Assembly (NCBI GenBank): GCA_012026655.1
Contig: JAAILG010000107.1
Coordinates: 1-64,000 of the forward strand
Direction: 5' to 3'
Source of the DNA: Hydrolagus affinis
Lineage: Eukaryota
DNA: 64,000 nt
Shown here in pieces: positions 60,301-64,000 of the stretch. The notes beneath the pieces are model-generated. The model had not been told where the DNA came from and ran no database searches. It saw only the letters and a list, made by a program, of their open reading frames with translations. Within the stretch, counting starts at the first letter, position 1. Every line of letters starts with the position of its first letter. The position numbers and the translations under genes are program-made.

Positions 60301-62003
60301 ATTGATACTACTTGAACATGTATAGACTTTCAACTTTTAAACCATTTGTCACACTAATGTTTTGGAGTGCCCAAAGTATATTTTTACAGTTGGTTCAGAA
60401 GACAATGGGTTAATGAAGTGTGAGCTTAATCTCACTGATATCTGAATATATCAGTTGGGTAAAAACTAGAATTGCAATCTGATCTGCAATTTTTACTTTC
60501 ATGAGAGATCAGCAGTTTTGCACACCTCCAAACAATGTCACACATTTTAGGAATTGTAAATTGATACTAAAGATAACTAAAAAGGAACAAGACTTTCTTT
60601 TCTTTCACTTTTTCTACTTCCTCAGAACTAATAACCTAATCTATTACTGCTTTACAATAATTTCATATTCTGAAAGTTTTTATTTGGAATTAATCTTACT
60701 CAATATTCTACTACTTTAAATTGAAACATGTATATCTGTTGATTATAATACCTAACTTACGAGACCATGCTGCATATGGAAACTCACTGCATTTTGCAAT
60801 ACTGTCATCGCTGTAAGACATTAAAGAAGTTTTGCGTTTGGGTTACACCAGAATTTGTTTATAGAGGTTGCTGGAAATAATGACATATTGTCGACTGTGA
60901 TATATCCTCATCTGATTTAACAAATTGCAAATAAGATGTTCTATTCATCTGTTTGGGTGCAAGCTTAACAATAACATTCACAATACTGAATGGATCAATA
61001 GTTTAACAAACGTTTCAAAAGGACCCATATCTAATCATTCGGTTTCATTTATTATTGCAACATGTAGGATTAGTTTTTGTTCCTCTTCTGTGCAGTGTGT
61101 TTTGATCTAGAATAACTTGCTGGCAACATCTAGCTTAGGAACTAAATCAATTTCAGATTGTTATTAGTACATTGAGAAGCTTGCAGTGGATTTGAAACTG
61201 GCCTGAGTTTTAATTTGATGTGGTATACTGTGGCGATCTGGAGAGTAATTAAATTGCTGTCAAAGACCGCTTGAAGAGCTGTAGGCCCTCTTCGAGCAGA
61301 ACAGTTCCAGATTCCATGCTTCTTTTAAATTCTCTCTGTTAGTGTGACCATAGCTGTGCAAGAAAAAAAGAAGACAAGAGTAGATAGTACTTGAACCCTT
61401 TAAGCATCATCTGCTGCATTCATAGATTTTCCCCAGCAGCTTAACTTCACCAGTTTACAGACAGACCCATCTTGGCAAATACGATTAGATGCAACCTGAT
61501 TGCCATTTGGAACGGGAGGTTTTCCAGACTGTTCACTAATGATTCCTCCCAGTTTTTCTGGTTGTATTGTTCAGAATACTTGTCTTGTCTTTTACAGGTT
61601 CATGTGAAGCCACTTGGCAGCAGAAGAAAAATGTTGTATTATGACACTAAGCAGCTCTGCTGGCACAGTTTTATATGCTGCGTTTACACTTAGGGAGGTT
61701 TCTAATTAGCACAGCAATGTGTTGAATTAAATAAACACTTAGAAGGCAGCCATTTATAATTTAATTGCTGTTTACATTTGCACAAGAATTTCTTTTACAA
61801 ATGATAAACAACTGTAATTGGCAGGGATATATTTTGGTAGTAATTCAGAAATATTGAAAGGTGTTTTCTTTCTGTTTTGTAGAAAGCTTTTGATGCTCTT
61901 TGCCACAGTACTCACTTGTATGGACGACGGTTGGTATTAGAATGGGCAGACACTGAAGAGACAGTGGAGGCATTGCGCAGGAAGACAGCTGAACACTACC
62001 ATG
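11974..62003 (+). CDS. RBM19: RNA-binding motif protein 19 (six RRMs, 40S biogenesis factor); 23 coding exons, 3' end outside the window
   Basis: Spliced translation [55 protein letters not shown]...[30 protein letters not shown] closely matches vertebrate RBM19 as I recall it. All introns are GT-AG and phases are consistent. No stop codon is reached; exon 23 ends in phase 1. Confidence 0.97.
13505..13805 (+). mobile_element. SINE body fragment joined to an L2 3' end
   Basis: AATTGGCTGCC...CAATTCACTTTAC, then TTGCCTCCTTCAAGGCACACCTCAAGACC...ACAAATGTAATTTTGTTGTTG. Confidence 0.65.
13889..14071 (+). CDS. RBM19: RBM19 exon 2 (MKEERFKG...SYIDTTRII), RRM1
   Basis: Acceptor tatttcag, donor ATT|GTAAGT; 183 nt; RNP1-like KFGFVGF. 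Confidence 0.97.
14483..14611 (+). CDS. RBM19: RBM19 exon 3 ([22 protein letters not shown]...KTKK)
   Basis: Acceptor attctag, donor AAG|GTAAAT; 129 nt. Confidence 0.95.
14873..15155 (+). mobile_element. Full-length tRNA SINE (main family)
   Basis: GGAGTCCTGTAGCTCGGTAGTTAGAGCACTCGCCTTACAAGCGAG...GGTTCGATTCC (B box). Confidence 0.92.
15170..15748 (+). mobile_element. CR1-clade LINE 3' end, interrupted by a MITE
   Basis: AGAACCTGAGGACACAGCCTG...GGTAAATTCAGAAC (CR1 ORF2 end) and 3' UTR CTAGATGGACCTTGGTCCTC...TTCTTATGTTCTTA. Confidence 0.7.
15461..15650. mobile_element. pogo/Tigger-type MITE
   Basis: TIR CAGTAAAAGCCTGTTTATCT / AGATAAACAGGCTTTTACTG, with TA TSD on both sides. Confidence 0.9.
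15827..15862 (+). CDS. RBM19: RBM19 exon 4 ([12 protein letters not shown])
   Basis: Acceptor cttgcag, donor GCT|GTGAGT; 36 nt, phase 0-0. Confidence 0.85.
15971..16184 (+). CDS. RBM19: RBM19 exon 5 ([13 protein letters not shown]...WANDT...DDYLNFDSD, acidic tract)
   Basis: Acceptor ctttatag; conserved [17 protein letters not shown] motifs. The donor is weak (CAA|GTGAAT), so the 3' end is uncertain; 16151 is an in-phase alternative. Confidence 0.85.
16587..16861 (+). CDS. RBM19: RBM19 exon 6 (KAKKAQ...[12 protein letters not shown]...KSLE)
   Basis: Acceptor tttccag, donor GAG|GTTAGT; phase 1-0; [10 protein letters not shown] motif. Confidence 0.92.
17405..17479 (+). CDS. RBM19: RBM19 exon 7 ([25 protein letters not shown]), start of RRM2
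   Basis: Acceptor tctgcag, donor GAG|GTATTT; 75 nt. Confidence 0.95.
18120..18610 (+). mobile_element. L2 LINE reverse-transcriptase fragment (dead)
   Basis: Translates [43 protein letters not shown] (RT core with YADD), with in-frame stops. Confidence 0.9.
18973..19051 (+). CDS. RBM19: RBM19 exon 8 ([26 protein letters not shown]), RRM2
   Basis: Acceptor tctccag, donor CAG|GTTTGT; 79 nt. Confidence 0.95.
19270..19530 (-). mobile_element. CR1-type LINE 3' fragment
   Basis: TAGAATAATAGAATCTTGCAGGACAGAGGGAGGCC...GGTAGTGCATTCCAGA; a related fragment lies at about 40870-40990. Confidence 0.6.
19605..19676 (+). CDS. RBM19: RBM19 exon 9 ([24 protein letters not shown]), RRM2
   Basis: Acceptor tctttcag, donor TGG|GTAAGG; 72 nt; RNP1 GYVFVDF. 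Confidence 0.96.
19814..20017 (+). CDS. RBM19: RBM19 exon 10 ([10 protein letters not shown]...[25 protein letters not shown]), end of RRM2 and start of RRM3
   Basis: Acceptor ttccaag, donor TTG|GTAGGT; 204 nt; RNP2 LFVRNL. Confidence 0.96.
21080..21134. repeat. 13-bp minisatellite, about 4 copies (ATGTGTAGTTAAA)
   Basis: Read directly from the sequence. Confidence 0.85.
21997..22127 (+). CDS. RBM19: RBM19 exon 11 ([44 protein letters not shown]), RRM3
   Basis: Acceptor acgatcag, donor CAG|GTAAAG; 131 nt; RNP1 KGFAFVTY. Confidence 0.97.
22570..22860 (+). mobile_element. Degenerate L2 3' fragment
   Basis: CTCCGCTCTGC...CTTTGGAACTCCATCCC...AAAGACCCTCCTCTTTGACCATGCC. Confidence 0.6.
22924..23048 (+). 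CDS. RBM19: RBM19 exon 12 ([14 protein letters not shown]...[16 protein letters not shown])
   Basis: Acceptor tttttag, donor CAG|GTTGAG; 125 nt. Confidence 0.94.
23103..23500 (+). mobile_element. pogo/Tigger-type MITE (long subtype)
   Basis: TA|CAGTAAAAGCTTG...GGTGCCGGATAACAAAGCTTTTATTA. Confidence 0.85.
23911..24255 (-). mobile_element. Inverted, truncated copy of the 23103-23500 MITE
   Basis: CAGTAAAAAGTTTTGTTATCCGGTACCC...TGGTGAATTGTATTGGGAGATACCGGTTGG is the reverse complement of about 23145-23500. Confidence 0.88.
25066..25162 (+). CDS. RBM19: RBM19 exon 13 ([32 protein letters not shown])
   Basis: Acceptor tttttcag, donor GAT|GTGAGT; 97 nt; Mrd1-family WNTLFM motif. Confidence 0.97.
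25209..25732. mobile_element. Tigger-like MITE (second family)
   Basis: TA|CAGTCAACCCTTGCC...GGCAAGGGTCTACTG|TA. Confidence 0.82.
26182..26394. mobile_element. pogo/Tigger-type MITE, short subtype, opposite orientation to the 15461 copy
   Basis: CAGTAAAAGCCCATTTATCTGGCAC...GTGCCGGATAAAGGGCTTTTACCA|TA. Confidence 0.85.
29886..29996 (+). CDS. RBM19: RBM19 exon 14 ([37 protein letters not shown])
   Basis: Acceptor cttttcag, donor CAG|GTAAAA; 111 nt. Confidence 0.97.
30832..31032 (+). CDS. RBM19: RBM19 exon 15 ([18 protein letters not shown]...[12 protein letters not shown]), RRM4
   Basis: Acceptor tttgtag, donor AAG|GTATGT; 201 nt. Confidence 0.97.
31926..32028 (+). CDS. RBM19: RBM19 exon 16 ([16 protein letters not shown]...KTNNE)
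   Basis: Acceptor cccgcag, donor AAG|GTAAAT; 103 nt; PLYLEWAP motif. Confidence 0.96.
32062..32523. mobile_element. pogo/Tigger-type MITE with a purine-rich interior
   Basis: TA|CAGTAAAAGCACGTTTATCCG...CCGGATACACAGGCTTTTACTG|TA; the 3' part is shared with the 23103 element. Confidence 0.88.
37373..37512 (+). CDS. RBM19: RBM19 exon 17 (AEEQGDQ...[21 protein letters not shown]), start of RRM5
   Basis: Tandem acceptor tttgTAGCAG (start 37373 or 37376), donor GAG|GTAAAT. Confidence 0.94.
39801..39861 (+). CDS. RBM19: RBM19 exon 18 ([20 protein letters not shown]), RRM5
   Basis: Acceptor tgtgtag, donor CCG|GTATGC; 61 nt. Confidence 0.94.
40056..40718. mobile_element. Non-autonomous hAT-type MITE, copy 2 (contains the assembly gap)
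   Basis: TAGGGTCC...GGACCCTA termini; exact 8-bp TSD CTTAATAC (40048-40055 and 40719-40726); first ~105 bp essentially identical to copy 1. Confidence 0.9.
40371..40470. other. Assembly gap (100 N)
   Basis: Run of n characters. Confidence 1.
41217..41296 (+). CDS. RBM19: RBM19 exon 19 ([27 protein letters not shown]), RRM5
   Basis: Acceptor ctctctag, donor CAG|GTAACC; 80 nt; RNP1 MGYGFVEY. Confidence 0.96.
41739..41794 (+). CDS. RBM19: RBM19 exon 20 ([18 protein letters not shown])
   Basis: Acceptor ccctcag, donor AAG|GTATTT; 56 nt. Confidence 0.95.
43220..43336 (+). CDS. RBM19: RBM19 exon 21 (PMTTSARK...[21 protein letters not shown]), start of RRM6
   Basis: Acceptor ttttaag, donor CAG|GTAAAA; 117 nt. 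Confidence 0.96.
43727..44050 (+). mobile_element. Full-length, diverged tRNA SINE (main family)
   Basis: GGAGTCCTGTAACTCAGTGGTAGGAGCACTCG...CAGTCAATTCACTTTACA. Confidence 0.88.
45073..45091 (+). promoter_or_regulatory. CTCF-binding motif in RBM19 intron 21
   Basis: TGGCCACCAGAGGGCACAA versus consensus TGGCCACCAGGGGGCGCTA. Confidence 0.65.
49092..50230 (-). mobile_element. Internally deleted Tigger (pogo-family) DNA transposon with a transposase pseudogene (CENP-B-type HTH domains only)
   Basis: TIRs CAGGTAAACCTCTATTTAGGAC / GTCCTAAATAGAGGCTTACCTG with TA TSD. The minus strand encodes [19 protein letters not shown]...[14 protein letters not shown] and, after frameshifts, [14 protein letters not shown]...[28 protein letters not shown]. 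No DDE domain is present. Confidence 0.92.
50703..50787. repeat. 28-bp tandem repeat, 3 perfect copies (ATTGTGTACTTTCTGTACTTTACTTTGG)
   Basis: Read directly from the sequence. Confidence 0.92.
51074..51425 (+). mobile_element. Long-form tRNA SINE with an extra central block
   Basis: Head GGAATCCTGCAGC...GAGCACTCGC; central ATGCTTCTGTTTACCCAGCAGTAATTGGGAACC; standard tail. Confidence 0.8.
52548..52850 (+). mobile_element. Near full-length tRNA SINE (main family)
   Basis: TAGTTCAGTGGTTAGAGCACTTGCC...GGTTCGATTCCAGGCAGGGC...AAATGCAAGGATTATTATT. Confidence 0.92.
53294..53330. repeat. Perfect 17-bp inverted repeat with a 3-nt loop
   Basis: CTGACTTGTATCTCTAA-ATG-TTAGAGATACAAGTCAG. Confidence 0.95.
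54328..54657. mobile_element. Tigger-type MITE (third family)
   Basis: AGTAAAACCTTGATAATCCG...CGGATTATCGAGGTTTTACTG|TA. Confidence 0.78.
57380..57660 (+). mobile_element. Old CR1-like LINE 3' fragment
   Basis: GAGGACATGATTATAAG...TGTATGGAATACACTACC...AAGGGAATTGGAT pattern of the CR1 ORF2 end; heavily diverged. Confidence 0.45.
59623..59728 (+). CDS. RBM19: RBM19 exon 22 ([35 protein letters not shown]), RRM6
   Basis: Acceptor tatttcag, donor AAG|GTATAG; 106 nt; RNP1 RGFGFVDF. Confidence 0.97.
61883..62003 (+). CDS. RBM19: RBM19 exon 23 ([40 protein letters not shown])
   Basis: Acceptor tttgtag, donor ATG|GTAAAC; 121 nt. Confidence 0.97.
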
Positions 62004-63224
62004 GTAAACTGACTTCATATATAAACCAGTCACATTTAAGTCTAACGCACAGTGTGGATATTCAGTACCTTGTGTTTTTTTTAAAGAAATCTTTAATGAA
62101 TATATTGTATTATTTATGATCAATTTAATACCGTCCAGTAATACTTTGGAATGTGTGTATTTTATGACAAGCCGAGAGTTTTTACACTGAAGATAAGGTT
62201 TTACAACCTGAAACAAGGGGATTGATTCCAGGTCTATAGCAATGTCACCAAGAGAGGTCACGCTTTCAGCCACTACCCCCCAAACTCTGAAACACTCCCT
62301 CCATCCTGACCACCCTCTCCCACTTTTAAGTCTTGCCTAAAAACCTTCCTGTTCAGCCGTGCTTACGACCACCCACCCTCCACTCCCCCGCCTCCCGGGC
62401 TCAGAGTTATCTGTAGATCTGTAGCCACAATCCCAACATGCAGCGAAACTGGTACTGAAAATGATGGATGGCCTTTATGTTCAAGGCTGCATACCAGCAC
62501 CCTTGCACTTTCTCCATCTCTAAAATAATTTGCTTCACTTTGTGATTGAGATCTTTCGTTTACACCAACGTGCTTCCTGCCCACTGACATTGTGTCCCCA
62601 ACACCTGCAATCACAATTGAAGGTTAAGTTTACTGTACGTTTGAAACATTTCGGAAGACATAAAAGTTTCAATTTCTTTCATTTATGGAAAAATAGTGAA
62701 TAACTTTCTGTAAGGCTACTCTTGGCTACATTCTGTATCCACATGTAAATCTGATAGTAGTGATAGACATTCTCTTTGAAGAACTCTTGTGTGATTTTAA
62801 AATAAGAATTGTTAACAAAGCACCCGTTTTATGGAGATCTAGTGAGCAAAATAATATTTCACAATCTTAATATTTTGATCTAAATTATTTTGATTTTCAT
62901 TTGGCATTTCTGTGTGTAACAAACATCGATGCAAGCCTCTCGGAATTCAAATCCCACTGAAGCAGATGCTTACAGCGAGCACTTCTTGAAGACAGAGATA
63001 AATTATTATTGACCTCTTCTGGTGGTGCACTGCCAACAGGCACCTGCAGTCTCCTGCTAGGTATAATGTGCAAACTATCATGAAGACCGTTTTGCTAGCA
63101 GCATTGATCAAAGCTTTAGCACACAGGATAAGAATATGATATGCCCAAGGCCTGAAAGTAAGAGAGAGGGACAAATTAGGGACAGACATTGAGAGTACTT
63201 ACTTAGTGAGATAAAGGAGGAGAT

Positions 63225-63490
63225 TTGTGAAGCATTTTGAGGGAGTCGATGAACACTGAGATTCCAGCAGACTGGAAGCAAGCTAATTTGGTTCTCATTT
63301 TAAGGAACAGTAACAGAGCCATCTTATCAGTTACAGGCCCATTAGCCTGATCCAAATAAATGGAAAACTAATGAGATCAATAAAATTGATATGAAGATAA
63401 CCTTGATTATCTTGTTTACTGTTGGGGTCGAGGGTGGCACTTCCAATTGATGGTGGAGAAGTGATATGATACTGTCTACCACGATTTAAA
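63225..63490 (+). mobile_element. CR1 LINE RT-region fragment (dead)
   Basis: Translates IPADWKQANLVLIFK...YRPISL...GKLM. Confidence 0.75.
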
Positions 63491-63550
63491 ATTTTATTTT
63501 CTAAAGAAACAATAATAATAATTTTAAATTTCCATTTATTGATTTTTTTT

Positions 63551-63950
63551 TCGATTCCAGACAGGGGGTGAAACCTTGGGCAAGTTTCCTTACTCCATGC
63601 GACCGATAATACTCCTTAAAAAAAAATGAGTCATTCAATCCACGACTATTTGAGGAACACTGCTATGCGCAATTGACTATCATGTTTCACCCACAAATAT
63701 AGTCAATTCACTTTACAGTATATTCTGTGAAGTGCTTTGAGATGACTAGAAGATGTGAAAAGCGCTGTATCAAATGCAAAGATTACCATTATAATCATTT
63801 CATTTGATATAACGCTTTATGTCTTTGAGATGTCTCAACTCGCTTCACAGAATATACTGTAAAGTGAATTGACTGTATATTTGTGGGTGAAACGCAACTG
63901 CCAATTGCTCACAGCTGTGTCTCATGTCATGGATTGAGTAACCAATTTTT
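63551..63950. mobile_element. Tail-to-tail inverted SINE pair (+ about 63551-63792, - about 63793-63950)
   Basis: CAATTCACTTTACAGTATATTCTGTGAAG followed by its reverse complement CTTCACAGAATATACTGTAAAGTGAATTG. Confidence 0.88.
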
Positions 63951-64000
63951 AATTTAAAAAATAAAGTATAATGAAAGAGATCGCTTCACAAATTATTGTG

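Noticed and set aside
12010-61882. Minor-class (U12) or non-canonical introns
   Set aside because: All traced donors are GT without the GTATCCTT signature, and all acceptors are AG
61845-62273. 142-aa minus-strand ORF overlapping exon 23
   Set aside because: No homology; best explained as an antisense chance ORF
62004-64000. Final RBM19 coding exon and poly(A) site
   Set aside because: I found no phase-1 acceptor followed by a plausible RBM19 C-terminus; the region is intron sequence with L2, CR1 and SINE fragments

Overview
AT-rich vertebrate genomic DNA. The repeat repertoire (an abundant tRNA-headed SINE with an L2-type tail, DeuSINE, CR1/L2 fragments, Tigger-type MITEs) points to a cartilaginous fish, probably a chimaera such as Callorhinchus milii (inference). 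The window is dominated by one + strand gene, RBM19 (six-RRM nucleolar ribosome-biogenesis factor, Mrd1 orthologue). I traced 23 coding exons from the ATG at 11974 to 62003. All introns are GT-AG with consistent phases (2752 nt, 917 codons + 1 nt), and the last coding exon lies beyond the window. A CpG-island promoter precedes exon 1. Bases 1-11.7 kb are intergenic and rich in repeats. I see no convincing new protein-coding system; the short ORFs in the track are repeat-derived or chance. The most interesting signals are non-coding: a hAT MITE pair with 8-bp TSDs, a decayed Penelope-type hammerhead ribozyme motif, an inverted MITE pair next to exon 12, MITEs repeatedly inserted just after splice donors, a strong CTCF motif and enhancer-like blocks in the long introns, a candidate recursive splice site or poison microexon, and a perfect 17-bp hairpin.
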